Part shown: positions 37,403 to 47,090 of the stretch, piece by piece
Position numbering within the stretch: the first letter of the stretch is position 1
How the letters are laid out: each line of letters starts with the position of its first letter
Source: an uncultured Fidelibacterota bacterium
Lineage (GTDB): Bacteria; Fidelibacterota; Marinisomatia; Marinisomatales; UBA1611
Length of the DNA stretch: 64,000 nucleotides
Reading direction: 5' to 3'
Assembly (NCBI GenBank): GCA_902562835.1
Contig: CACEUX010000001.1
Coordinates: 10,568-74,567, forward strand
Program-made: the position numbers and the translations under genes
Notes under the pieces: model-generated
What the model was told of the DNA's origin: nothing
What the model saw: only the letters and a program-made list of their open reading frames with translations
Databases searched by the model: none

Positions 37403-37957
37403 TTAAAACCAATCAATAAAACCTGGATAGTGAGGACCATTATTTTCACTAAAAGATTTTGAGCTGTACAACCTTTTAATAGGTATTCCTAACAGTGTAA
37501 GATAGACAGACTGCCCACTCCAGGCCGGTCGGTGGTAGGTCCTGGCGTTAATATCAAACAATCCGTTGTTCATTGGGGAATATTTAAGACCAGCATCCAT
37601 GGCCATGTGTGGTTTCAGGTACATTTCGGACACCCAGAGATCTTGATATGCAGGATTGATCATTACTCCGTGTACTTTTAAATCTGCTCGGAGGTCTTCG
37701 CGTATCTTGTATTCAAATATATTTGAGTATGCGTATGATGATATAGGGACTCCTTTATAAAAAGAAAAGCTTGCAGATAGTCGCTGTTGATGGCTAAACC
37801 GGCTATCTTCTATGTCTTCTTGGCCAAACGAATCTATACCTTCAAAGGAGTCATCGCCAACTGGGTCTGGGTAAACATTCGGTCTAAACTGTGCTGTAAC
37901 CATGGTTGCTACAAAAAAGACCGTGGTTATCACATATGTTTTTAGTGCTTTTTTCAT
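37403..37957 (-). CDS. Hypothetical secreted protein
   Basis: Signal peptide ending ATMVTA-Q, beta-strand-rich; no family recognised. Confidence 0.5.
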   Translation of the reverse strand: MKKALKTYVITTVFFVATMVTAQFRPNVYPDPVGDDSFEGIDSFGQEDIEDSRFSHQQRLSASFSFYKGVPISSYAYSNIFEYKIREDLRADLKVHGVMINPAYQDLWVSEMYLKPHMAMDAGLKYSPMNNGLFDINARTYHRPAWSGQSVYLTLLGIPIKRLYSSKSFSENNGPHYPGFIDWF

Positions 37958-38215
37958 ATGCCCTTTTAGGAATATAATATTTTCTATGTATCTCTAGCAC
38001 TTTATTTTTTTAATTGTTTTTCTGAAAAATTTTTTCAGGTTAACAAATTTTTTGTAAAGTGGTTATTTTTATACAAAATACTAATGTTCTGTTTTTACTG
38101 GAACCGTCTTGTTACTCCTTGTATATTCATATGATGTGCTCATATTGCATAGATTATAAAGTGCGCTCAAAGAGACACTTCATTTAATAATTCACACTAT
38201 ATATACAGAGAAAAA

Positions 38216-39376
38216 ATGGCTGAAGAAAACAACGGGAAGAACTCGTCAATTCCACGTGGTTATTTAACCGAGGATACTAAAGCTCGCCTTGAGTGGGTAA
38301 AAAAATATTCAGGTATTGAACTTGATGATAGCATCAGTGACAAAGCAGAAGATCTACAGGGGATCATTGAAAATCACGTGGGTTTCATGAAGGTACCAAT
38401 GGCTGTTGTGGGCCCTATGTCCTTGCAGGGAAATTATGCAAAAGGTGATTTTTGTGTTCCCATTTGTACGCTTGAGGGCACGCTTGCGATGTCCATGAAT
38501 CGAGGGATGTATGCTTCCTCACTATGCGGAGGAACACAGGTTAAACATTTTAGGCAAGAACTTTCACGCGCTCCTGTGTTTATTTTTAACAATTTAGAAG
38601 AGAGCGCACAGTTTCAAACCTGGTTAAAGCAAAACAAAGAGAAAGTTTCAGCTGCTGCTGAAAGCACAACCAACCACGGGAAAGTATTGAGGATAGACCA
38701 ATACACCGTTCAGAACTATATTGTTCTTGATATAGTAATGGACACAAAAAATGCTGCAGGTCAGAATATGGTCACATTGGCAGCAAAGGTTGCCTGTGAG
38801 CTTATTCGCAAAGAAACCGGATATAATTATTTTTTAGAATCAAATATAAACAGTGATAAAAAGGCATCCGTTAGAAACATGCTCCTTGGTAGAGGACACG
38901 GAGTTACTGCAGAAACAACAATCAAAAACAACGTAATGAAAAAAGTTCTGAAGGTAGACCCCGATGTTCTTTATGAAAACTGGGCATATTATCCGGTTTT
39001 TTCTAGTATGGTTGGTACGCATGGGGTTGCTATTCATGAATCTAATGCGCTTACTGCCATATATTTGGCTACGGGCCAAGATACTGCCTGTGTGGCAGAA
39101 AACAGTATTGCACATTTTGACCTGGAAAAAAGAGGAGACGCTTTGAAGTTCAAACTAACCCTTCCTTCTCTTACGGTTGGAACTGTTGGCGGAGGAACAC
39201 GTCTAAAGATGCAGAGAAACAACTTGGAACTACTAGGATGTGCGGATGGTGAAAACTCTTCTAAAAAACTAGCTGAAATCATAGCTGGTGCAACTCTAGC
39301 GCTAGACATATCTCTTGTTTGTGCAATTGGCTCTCATACTTTTACAGATGCTCACATGAAATATGGTAGAAAGTAA
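38216..39376 (+). CDS. HMG-CoA reductase-like protein (class I type)
   Basis: IENHVG, TLEGTL, NAAGQNMV, SDKK, ATGQD, GTVGGGT, C-terminal His in AHMKY. Confidence 0.88.
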   Translation: MAEENNGKNSSIPRGYLTEDTKARLEWVKKYSGIELDDSISDKAEDLQGIIENHVGFMKVPMAVVGPMSLQGNYAKGDFCVPICTLEGTLAMSMNRGMYASSLCGGTQVKHFRQELSRAPVFIFNNLEESAQFQTWLKQNKEKVSAAAESTTNHGKVLRIDQYTVQNYIVLDIVMDTKNAAGQNMVTLAAKVACELIRKETGYNYFLESNINSDKKASVRNMLLGRGHGVTAETTIKNNVMKKVLKVDPDVLYENWAYYPVFSSMVGTHGVAIHESNALTAIYLATGQDTACVAENSIAHFDLEKRGDALKFKLTLPSLTVGTVGGGTRLKMQRNNLELLGCADGENSSKKLAEIIAGATLALDISLVCAIGSHTFTDAHMKYGRK

Positions 39377-39384
39377 TAATACGT

Positions 39385-40116
39385 ATGGATGTGCTTCAAA
39401 ACCCCAGGTATTCTTATCTTGTGGGCAAGCAGGCCTTTTACTATAAAATATTCAAAGTTTTATTCTATTATTATTCCAAAATTGTATTTACCCTTTATGC
39501 CCCTCTCAAAGTTTTTGGTAGAGAAAACTTACCAGAGGGGTCATTTATTTTTTGCAGTAACCACAACAGCCATATGGACGTTGCGGTTCTTGCAGCATCC
39601 GCAAGGAAAAACTTTAATCACTTTGGAATGTTAGCAGCAAGAGACTACTGGTTTGATAGTTGGATAAAAAGAATGTTAGTAAACACTGTAATGAATTTGG
39701 TCCCCGTAGAACGCAAATCAAGTAAGATACGGAAACTTTCAACAGATGACACCATAAGCCTGTGCAGTTCTTTTATGGATTATGGTCAGCGTTCTTTAAT
39801 AATGTTCCCAGAAGGGACACGAGGTGATCCGGGAAAGGTCCTACCGTTTAAAAAGGGTGCAGCAACTTTTTCAATAAAATTAGACAAGCCTATTCTTCCA
39901 GCTGTGATTTACGGCTCCCATAAAATCTGGCCAAGAGGAAAAATATTTTTTGGTTGGCCTACCAAAATTCATGTTTACATTCTTAATCCAATATACCCAG
40001 GTTCGTTTCTTGAAAGAGCCAACCCCTCTGAAGAAGAAGTTGGTGAAGCAATTGAGAAAATCACTATTCAGCTTGAGAAACAGATAAAGGAAAAGGCGAG
40101 TTTCTTATATGAATAA
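39385..40116 (+). CDS. PlsC-family acyltransferase (candidate DHAP or lysophospholipid acyltransferase)
   Basis: NHNSHMD (HX4D), FPEGTR, PILP. Confidence 0.88.
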   Translation: MDVLQNPRYSYLVGKQAFYYKIFKVLFYYYSKIVFTLYAPLKVFGRENLPEGSFIFCSNHNSHMDVAVLAASARKNFNHFGMLAARDYWFDSWIKRMLVNTVMNLVPVERKSSKIRKLSTDDTISLCSSFMDYGQRSLIMFPEGTRGDPGKVLPFKKGAATFSIKLDKPILPAVIYGSHKIWPRGKIFFGWPTKIHVYILNPIYPGSFLERANPSEEEVGEAIEKITIQLEKQIKEKASFLYE

Positions 40117-41866
40117 AAAGGGGAAATTCTTTGGTGTAAACAACACCAATTGGGGTCACAAGTGGGGTTTTAGGGACTCCGGCTTTATTGTCAATGAAGA
40201 CAGGTCTGTTACTTTTGCAGGAAACCGGTATCCTATCTGTGGGAAAAAACTTTCAAAGTTCATCCCATTTGTTGAGGAGGTGTTAGGTATTGAATTCAAG
40301 ATAAAACCCAAGGTTGAAGAGCTAGACAAAAAACACGTTGATAAAGCTTTTGTAAACCATGATTTTATTAGTGAGCTTCGTTCAAAGTTTGACGAGGATC
40401 GCTTTACTGAAGAAGAGAATGAAAGGTTATTACATAGCCATGGTCAACACTCTACGGACGAGGTGTATAAGGTCTTATATGGCAAGCTTAAAAAGTTCAC
40501 CGACCTTGTCTTTTACATTGAAAGCGAAGAAGAAGCCATTGAATTAATAGAACTAGCAAAGAAACATGATGTTTGCCTTATACCATATGGTGGAGGTACA
40601 AATGTGACAAATGCCTTACGGCCCCCAGAAGATGAGCATAGAATGATTGTCACAGTTGACACAAGAAGGTTAAACAAAATTGAGTCCCTGGACAAAGAGA
40701 ACCTAATGGTCACTGTTCAATCTGGTATAACAGGTAAAGACCTTGAGGAGGCTTTAAACAAGGAGGGGTTTACTGTTGGGCATGAACCTGATAGCTATGA
40801 ATTTTCAACTGTTGGCGGATGGATATCTACTAATGCAGCTGGTACGAAAAAGCACCGTTATGGAAACATAGAAGACATTGTACAAAATCTTACAATGGTC
40901 ACGCCCTCTGGAACAATTAACCAGATCAAACCACTCACAAGGTCATCTATTGGTATAAAAGCCCAAAACATCCTTTTTGGATCCGAAGGAAACTTGGGCA
41001 TCATAACCAAGGCTACTTTAAAAATGCATCGCTTACCAGAAAAGTCTTCTTATGAATCAATTGTACTTAGTGATTGGCAAACTGGTGTTCAGTTCATGCA
41101 AGACCTATCTCGCTCTAACATGGTTCCAGCCAGTTCTCGATTGGCGGACAACCTACAAATACGCCTTGGCCAGGCGCTGAAAGAAGAAAAAAGCGGGCTT
41201 CCTAAGCTTCTTGATAAGTTTAAACAGTTTGTTCTTTTTAAAGTGAAGGGATTTGACCCAGAAAAATTTACCGTGGCAGTATTTAAGATAGAAGGTTCTG
41301 AGGTAGAGGTAAAAACTCAAAGACAAAACCTTGAAAATCTAGCGAAAAAGCATCGTGGTGTCCTTGCCGGTGAAAGCACTGGAAAAAGTGGGTATTTGGC
41401 AACAATGGTAATTGCCTACATAAGGGAGTTGATCTTTACGCAAAACATTCTTGGCGAAACAATGGAAACTGCTGTCCCTTGGTCAAAAATCAACCAGGTA
41501 AAAGAAGAAGCTTCAAAGCTAATTGTAAAACTACACAAGGAGCACAACCTCCCAGGAAAACCTTTTTTTACATCAAGAATTTCAAAGGTATATCACACGG
41601 GTGTTTGTATGTACAACACAATAGCAATGTGTTATGATGGAGTAGAAAACCCTGAAGATGTTTTTACAGAAATCGAACATATTATGAGAGAAAACTTTAT
41701 AGAGAATGGTGGGTCAATATCACACCATCATGGAGTCGGAAAGCTAAGAAAAGACTTTATGTCAAACACAATATCTGAGGGTAGTGTTGAAATGATAAAG
41801 GGCATAAAAAAAAATCAAGACCCTCACAATATTTTTGGAGTAAACAACAACATTGTAATGGACTAG
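40109..41866 (+). CDS. Alkyl-dihydroxyacetonephosphate synthase (AGPS-like FAD oxidase)
   Basis: WGFRDS, HSHG, PYGGGTNV, GHEPDSYEFSTVGGWIST, YGNIED, GSEG, VIAYIR, GGSISHHHGVG. Confidence 0.9.
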   Translation: MNKKGKFFGVNNTNWGHKWGFRDSGFIVNEDRSVTFAGNRYPICGKKLSKFIPFVEEVLGIEFKIKPKVEELDKKHVDKAFVNHDFISELRSKFDEDRFTEEENERLLHSHGQHSTDEVYKVLYGKLKKFTDLVFYIESEEEAIELIELAKKHDVCLIPYGGGTNVTNALRPPEDEHRMIVTVDTRRLNKIESLDKENLMVTVQSGITGKDLEEALNKEGFTVGHEPDSYEFSTVGGWISTNAAGTKKHRYGNIEDIVQNLTMVTPSGTINQIKPLTRSSIGIKAQNILFGSEGNLGIITKATLKMHRLPEKSSYESIVLSDWQTGVQFMQDLSRSNMVPASSRLADNLQIRLGQALKEEKSGLPKLLDKFKQFVLFKVKGFDPEKFTVAVFKIEGSEVEVKTQRQNLENLAKKHRGVLAGESTGKSGYLATMVIAYIRELIFTQNILGETMETAVPWSKINQVKEEASKLIVKLHKEHNLPGKPFFTSRISKVYHTGVCMYNTIAMCYDGVENPEDVFTEIEHIMRENFIENGGSISHHHGVGKLRKDFMSNTISEGSVEMIKGIKKNQDPHNIFGVNNNIVMD

Positions 41867-41888
41867 GTGAAATGTTGAGACCTGTATT

Positions 41889-42698
41889 ATGTTATTAAAA
41901 GAAAAAGTATTCATCGTAACCGGAGCGTCTTCAGGAATTGGAGAAGAGCTTTGTAAGCAACTTTCTGCTAGTGGCTCAACCGTTGTTTGTGCCGCAAGAA
42001 GGCTAGATGAGCTTGAACGCGTCTCTGATATAATAAATTCATCTGGGGGCAAATCAATTGCTGTTCAAACGGACATAACCATAATTGAGCAGTGTAATAG
42101 AATGATAGAGAAAACAATTGAAACATTTGGCCAAATTGATGGACTTGTTCTAAACGCGGGCGTCAGCATGTGGGCAAGATTTGAAGATATCGCAGATATT
42201 AGTTTTTTTAAAGATCTGATTAACACAAATTATCTTGGCGCTGTAAACTGCGTGCATGCAGCTCTTCCTTATTTAAAAAAATCAAATGGAAAAATAATAA
42301 GCTGCTCAACAGGTCAGGCGCTCATGGGGTTTCCTAGTCATTCTGGCTATGCAGCATCAAAACATGCTCTTCATGGGTTTTTGTCAACCTTAGCTATAGA
42401 AAACAAAAACGAAATAACAATTTTAGAAGCTATCCTTGGCTGGATACGAGATACTAATCTTCGTGGCAATGCGTTTGGGGCAGATGGGAAAAAACATTCA
42501 AGACCACCAAAGAAACATACAAAAGAATCTGTGGGACTCAATAATTGTGTTGAAAGAATTCTAACTGCGATGAAGAATGATTGGCGAACTGTGTATATCC
42601 CTCGCAAGTTACGCTTAATACCTTTTTACAAGGCCTTTTGGAGGTGGTATTTAGAATACCGGGCAGATCGAGTTGTTAAGAAACCAGCTAAGGGCTAG
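41889..42698 (+). CDS. Short-chain dehydrogenase/reductase (DHRS7B-like)
   Basis: TGASSGIG, ARR, NAG, YAASK. Confidence 0.88.
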   Translation: MLLKEKVFIVTGASSGIGEELCKQLSASGSTVVCAARRLDELERVSDIINSSGGKSIAVQTDITIIEQCNRMIEKTIETFGQIDGLVLNAGVSMWARFEDIADISFFKDLINTNYLGAVNCVHAALPYLKKSNGKIISCSTGQALMGFPSHSGYAASKHALHGFLSTLAIENKNEITILEAILGWIRDTNLRGNAFGADGKKHSRPPKKHTKESVGLNNCVERILTAMKNDWRTVYIPRKLRLIPFYKAFWRWYLEYRADRVVKKPAKG

Positions 42699-42735
42699 TC
42701 GTGTCAGAGGCCTTACCTCTTAATAAGGGTTAAAC

Positions 42736-43542
42736 ATGATTCAAAAAGTCCTTGTTTGGTTTATACAGTTTGGGCCATCAACAAAACGATGGTTTTGGCG
42801 AAAATGGTATAACGCATTTGCTAACAAATCAAAAGACCATTCATTCCGATTTATGAACTATGGGTATGCAGAGGATGGATTTAATCCAGAAATACCAGAA
42901 GAGGACAAAGCGGAACGTTATCCTCTTCAATTATACCACCACACCTCAACACAAATTGAACTGTCGGGTAAAAAACTACTAGAAGTTGGTTGCGGGCGTG
43001 GGGGTGGAGCCTCCTATGTCCAACGTCAACTTAAAACAGAGTCTGTTGTTGGGATGGACATCTCTGAGAGCGCAATTAGACTTTGTAAATCTTCACACGA
43101 AATAGATCGGTTAGAGTTTATTGTTGGCGACTCAGAAAATATTCCCTTTGAAAAAGAAACATTCGACGCTGTTTTGAATGTTGAATCCTCTCATTGCTAT
43201 GGAAACCTTACTGCCTTTCTTTCTGAGGTTCAGAGAGTTTTAAACCCAGGGGGGTTTTTGTTGTGGTGTGATTTTAGATCTCACAATGAAATGAAAAAGT
43301 TTTTTAAACTTGCTGATGATGTGGGCCTAACCCTGATTAACCAAACAGACATTACTAAAAACATATTAGACGCCCTTGATCTTTTGACACCAGGACGTAA
43401 AAAGCAAATTGACACTCACGTCCCTAAAATAATTCGAAACGTGTTTAAGTCTTACGCGGGATTGCGGGGAAGCAGTGTTCATAATGCGTTTTTAGCTGGA
43501 GAGCTTGTTTATAAAAGCTCAGTGTTTCAAAAGGAGACATAG
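42736..43542 (+). CDS. SAM-dependent methyltransferase resembling mycobacterial lipid O-methyltransferases
   Basis: FMNYGY, YPLQLYH, LEVGCGRGGGASY, FDAVLNVESSHCY. Confidence 0.8.
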   Translation: MIQKVLVWFIQFGPSTKRWFWRKWYNAFANKSKDHSFRFMNYGYAEDGFNPEIPEEDKAERYPLQLYHHTSTQIELSGKKLLEVGCGRGGGASYVQRQLKTESVVGMDISESAIRLCKSSHEIDRLEFIVGDSENIPFEKETFDAVLNVESSHCYGNLTAFLSEVQRVLNPGGFLLWCDFRSHNEMKKFFKLADDVGLTLINQTDITKNILDALDLLTPGRKKQIDTHVPKIIRNVFKSYAGLRGSSVHNAFLAGELVYKSSVFQKET

Positions 43543-43544
43543 GA

Positions 43545-44822
43545 TTGAGAACTTTTTGTGGTTTAATATTTTTTATATCCACGCTTCAAGCTCAATTAAC
43601 CATCTTGCATTGTGGGGTATTAATAGATGGGTATTCTAGTAAACCAAAAAAAGTGGTCTCTATCATAATTCAGGAATCTACTATCATTGACATAGCAGAT
43701 GGATATGTGGACCCCGGTGATGGAGATGTTTTTTTTGACCTTAATCAATACACTGTTCTTCCTGGGCTGATGGATATGCACGTGCACCTTTCTGGTGAAT
43801 CGAATCCAAAAAGGTATATGGAACGATTCACAATGGACCTTGATGACTATGCTTACAGGTCAATTAAATACGCTGAACGCACACTAATGGCTGGCTTTAC
43901 CACAGTAAGAGACCTTGGTGGACCAGTAAACACCTCTTTAAGGGATGCAATTAATAACGACTTTTTGATTGGTCCAAGGATCTACAGCGCGGGAAAGTCA
44001 ATAGCAACAACTGGGGGTCACTCAGACCCCACCAACGGTATGAGTTTTGAACTAATGGGAGACCCGGGTCCTAATAAAGGGGTCGTAAATGGTGTTCCAG
44101 AATCAAGGAAGGCTGTTAGGCAGCGATATAAAAACGGTGCAGACCTCATAAAGATAACAGCAACTGGTGGCGTGTTGAGCGTAGCGAAAAGCGGAGAGAA
44201 CCCTCAATTTAAAGAAGATGAGATCCGAGCTATTGTTGAGACAGCTGCTGATTATGATATGCATGTAGCAGCACATGCTCATGGAGCAGAGGGAATGAAG
44301 CGGGCAGTTCGAGCTGGTGTCCGCTCAATCGAGCACGGTACACTCATGGATGAAGAAACTATAGAACTAATGAAAAATAGGGGCACATATTATGTTCCTA
44401 CAATATCTGCTGGCGAATTTGTAGCGGAGAAGGCACTTATAGATGGCTACTATCCTGAGGTAGTTCGGCCTAAGGCAAAAAAGATTGGCCCCAAAATAAA
44501 AGAAACATTTAAGAAGGCTTATGATGCTGGTATACCTATTGCTTTTGGGACAGATTCTGGAGTTTCTTACCATGGTGAAAATGCGAGAGAATTTACCTAT
44601 ATGGTAGAAGCCGGAATGTTGCCAATGGAAGCAATTCAATCCGCTACAAAAACAGCGTCTGAGCTCTTGGAGATAAATGAGTTTTTAGGGCTAATAAAAA
44701 TCAACATGTTAGCAGACATCATTGCTGTAGGCGGTGAGCCTCTAAAAGATATATCAGCCTTAGAGAATGTAGTGTTTGTAATGAAAAATGGTGTTGTATA
44801 TAAAGGTGTGGGAGAAAAATGA
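43545..44822 (+). CDS. Secreted amidohydrolase (Xaa-Pro dipeptidase-like)
   Basis: PGLMDMHVH, GFTTVRDLG, IKITATGG, AHAHG, SIEHG, FGTDSG. Confidence 0.88.
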   Translation: MRTFCGLIFFISTLQAQLTILHCGVLIDGYSSKPKKVVSIIIQESTIIDIADGYVDPGDGDVFFDLNQYTVLPGLMDMHVHLSGESNPKRYMERFTMDLDDYAYRSIKYAERTLMAGFTTVRDLGGPVNTSLRDAINNDFLIGPRIYSAGKSIATTGGHSDPTNGMSFELMGDPGPNKGVVNGVPESRKAVRQRYKNGADLIKITATGGVLSVAKSGENPQFKEDEIRAIVETAADYDMHVAAHAHGAEGMKRAVRAGVRSIEHGTLMDEETIELMKNRGTYYVPTISAGEFVAEKALIDGYYPEVVRPKAKKIGPKIKETFKKAYDAGIPIAFGTDSGVSYHGENAREFTYMVEAGMLPMEAIQSATKTASELLEINEFLGLIKINMLADIIAVGGEPLKDISALENVVFVMKNGVVYKGVGEK

Positions 44823-46228
44823 ACCTTAATAAAAAAGAACTAGAAACCTCAATTAATAAGTTTTGGGATGACAGTATCGTCCCAACGCTTATCGAATACA
44901 TTAAAATTCCAAACAAGTCACCATCTTTTGATCCAGATTGGAAAAGAAATGGGCACATGGATAAGGTTCTTGTAATGGCAGTGGAGTGGGCAAAAAAACA
45001 CATGCCGGAGGAGGCTGAATTAACAACGAAAGAAAGCCCGGGCAGAACACCAATTATTTTAATTGATGTCCCAGGTGAAACGGATGGAAACATCCTTATG
45101 TATGGTCATTTAGATAAGCAGCCTGAAATGGACGGTTGGGATGGCGACTTGGGTCCATGGACCCCCGTTATTAAAGAAAACAAATTATTTGGTCGAGGTG
45201 GTGCTGATGATGGGTATGCCTTGTTTGCATCCTTATCTGCAATAAGATCTCTTAAGGAGCAAGGGGCAAAAACTCCTCGAATATTAATTTTAATAGAGTT
45301 TTGTGAAGAAAGCGGCTCTCCTGACCTACCCCACTATATAGAAAGTTGTGAAAACCTAATTGGAGCCCCCGATTTAGTGATCTGTTTGGATTCAGGTGCG
45401 GGAGACTATAATCGTTTTTGGACAACAACCTCACTTAGGGGGTTGATTGGTTGCTCTCTAAAAGTTGAGGTCTTAAAAGAGGGCGTCCATTCTGGTGGCG
45501 CCAGTGGGCATGTTCCATCATCTTTTAGGGTTGCCAGACAACTTCTCTCTAGGCTAGAAAATGAAAAAACAGGTGAAATAAGTCTCGCAGAGCTGAACAC
45601 CAATATCCCAGAACACAGAATAGTAGAAACAGAAAAACTTGTTAGCATCCTTGGAGACGAAGTTGTAAATGAATTTCCCTGGAGGGGCGACATGCAGCCA
45701 TCTACGGACAACAATGTTGAGGGGGTACTACGAAGAACATGGTTACCAAGCCTTTCGGTTGTTGGTGCCGGTGGATTACCACCTTCAAACAATGCTGGGA
45801 ATGTATTGCGACCTTATACACAATTACAGCTTTCCATAAGGATTCCTCCTTTAGTAAACCACCTCAAGGCTCAAGAGGCAATTGGGGAAGCGTTGACAAA
45901 AAACCCACCTTACAATGCAAAAGTGACTGTTTCTTTTGATGAGCCTGCATCTGGTTGGAACGCTCCAGAAACGGTTGCATGGTTGGCCTCATCAATAAAA
46001 AGTGCATCCAGGAGTTATTATGGCGAAGATGCATGCTCAATAAGTGAGGGTGGAACAATACCTTTCATGGCAATGCTGGGTGAACGATTTCCCAAGGCGC
46101 AGTTTGTTATCACTGGGGTTTTGGGTCCGGGCTCAAACGCACATGGACCAAATGAGTTTCTACATATTCCATATGCTAAAAAACTAACAGCCTGTATAGC
46201 ATCAATCATCAACGACTTCCCAAGCTGA
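44819..46228 (+). CDS. M20 family metallopeptidase
   Basis: YGHLDKQP, GRGGADDG, EESGS, HSG, NAHGPNE. Confidence 0.9.
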   Translation: MNLNKKELETSINKFWDDSIVPTLIEYIKIPNKSPSFDPDWKRNGHMDKVLVMAVEWAKKHMPEEAELTTKESPGRTPIILIDVPGETDGNILMYGHLDKQPEMDGWDGDLGPWTPVIKENKLFGRGGADDGYALFASLSAIRSLKEQGAKTPRILILIEFCEESGSPDLPHYIESCENLIGAPDLVICLDSGAGDYNRFWTTTSLRGLIGCSLKVEVLKEGVHSGGASGHVPSSFRVARQLLSRLENEKTGEISLAELNTNIPEHRIVETEKLVSILGDEVVNEFPWRGDMQPSTDNNVEGVLRRTWLPSLSVVGAGGLPPSNNAGNVLRPYTQLQLSIRIPPLVNHLKAQEAIGEALTKNPPYNAKVTVSFDEPASGWNAPETVAWLASSIKSASRSYYGEDACSISEGGTIPFMAMLGERFPKAQFVITGVLGPGSNAHGPNEFLHIPYAKKLTACIASIINDFPS

Positions 46229-46235
46229 ATCTGTT

Positions 46236-47087
46236 TTGATCAGAACCTACTTGATTCTCCTGTTGGCTCTGGTCTCTGTTAGCTCATCATCTCTAGTTGT
46301 AAGATATGCTGCTTCTGTTCCCGCTGTTACATTGGCCTTTTGGAGAATGTTTTTAGCAAGCGGAATGCTGTGGGTTTATAGCATAAAAAAAACTGAGTCT
46401 CTTTCAAAGAAAAACAGAACTAGAGTTGTATTCGCAGGTCTGTTCTTGGGTCTTCATTTTATATTCTTTTTTATTGGTGTTCGGGAGGTTTCTGTTGCAA
46501 ATGCTACGCTATTAGCCAATACGGGTCCATTTTTTACCGCTCTTTTTTCTATTGCTGTTAGAAAACCTATTCATAGATATGCCTTTTTAGGTCTTGTTTG
46601 TGCAATGGTTGGAATTTTGGTTGTACAGGGCTCTGAGCTAGACACGATTATGCAAAACTTTTACGGAAATTTCTTTTCTTTATTAAGTGGGGTGTGTATT
46701 GCCATTACATATGTTTTTGCTTCTAAAATACGGAAAAATACAAGCAATGTTATATATGGTCGTTCGTTATTTTTGGTCGCTGCTTTAACCATTGCACTTG
46801 TCGCAATTATTTTTGCTGTTCCTTTATTTGGTTTCAGCCTTGAACACTTCTGTTGGTTTCTGTTCTTGGGCCTTGTTCCAACAGTTTTGGGACACAACGT
46901 ATTAAACTATGTAATTAAGTATTTGACACCCACAGCCGTTGCCTCTGTGCCCCTTGGGGAGCCAGTTATCGCTTCTGTTTTTGCTTATTTTCTTTTTTCA
47001 GAGCTTATTCCCGTGAATGCATATTTTGGTGCACCATTTATTTTTATAGGCATATATTTGATTTTAAAGAACTCGTCTAGCAGGTAA
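46236..47087 (+). CDS. DMT/EamA family transporter
   Basis: About 10 TM helices, LAFWR, SVANATLL, GHN, LGEPV. Confidence 0.85.
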   Translation: MIRTYLILLLALVSVSSSSLVVRYAASVPAVTLAFWRMFLASGMLWVYSIKKTESLSKKNRTRVVFAGLFLGLHFIFFFIGVREVSVANATLLANTGPFFTALFSIAVRKPIHRYAFLGLVCAMVGILVVQGSELDTIMQNFYGNFFSLLSGVCIAITYVFASKIRKNTSNVIYGRSLFLVAALTIALVAIIFAVPLFGFSLEHFCWFLFLGLVPTVLGHNVLNYVIKYLTPTAVASVPLGEPVIASVFAYFLFSELIPVNAYFGAPFIFIGIYLILKNSSSR

Positions 47088-47090
47088 GGC

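Noticed and set aside
38216-39376. Mevalonate pathway cluster
   Set aside because: No HMG-CoA synthase, mevalonate kinases or IDI in the window.
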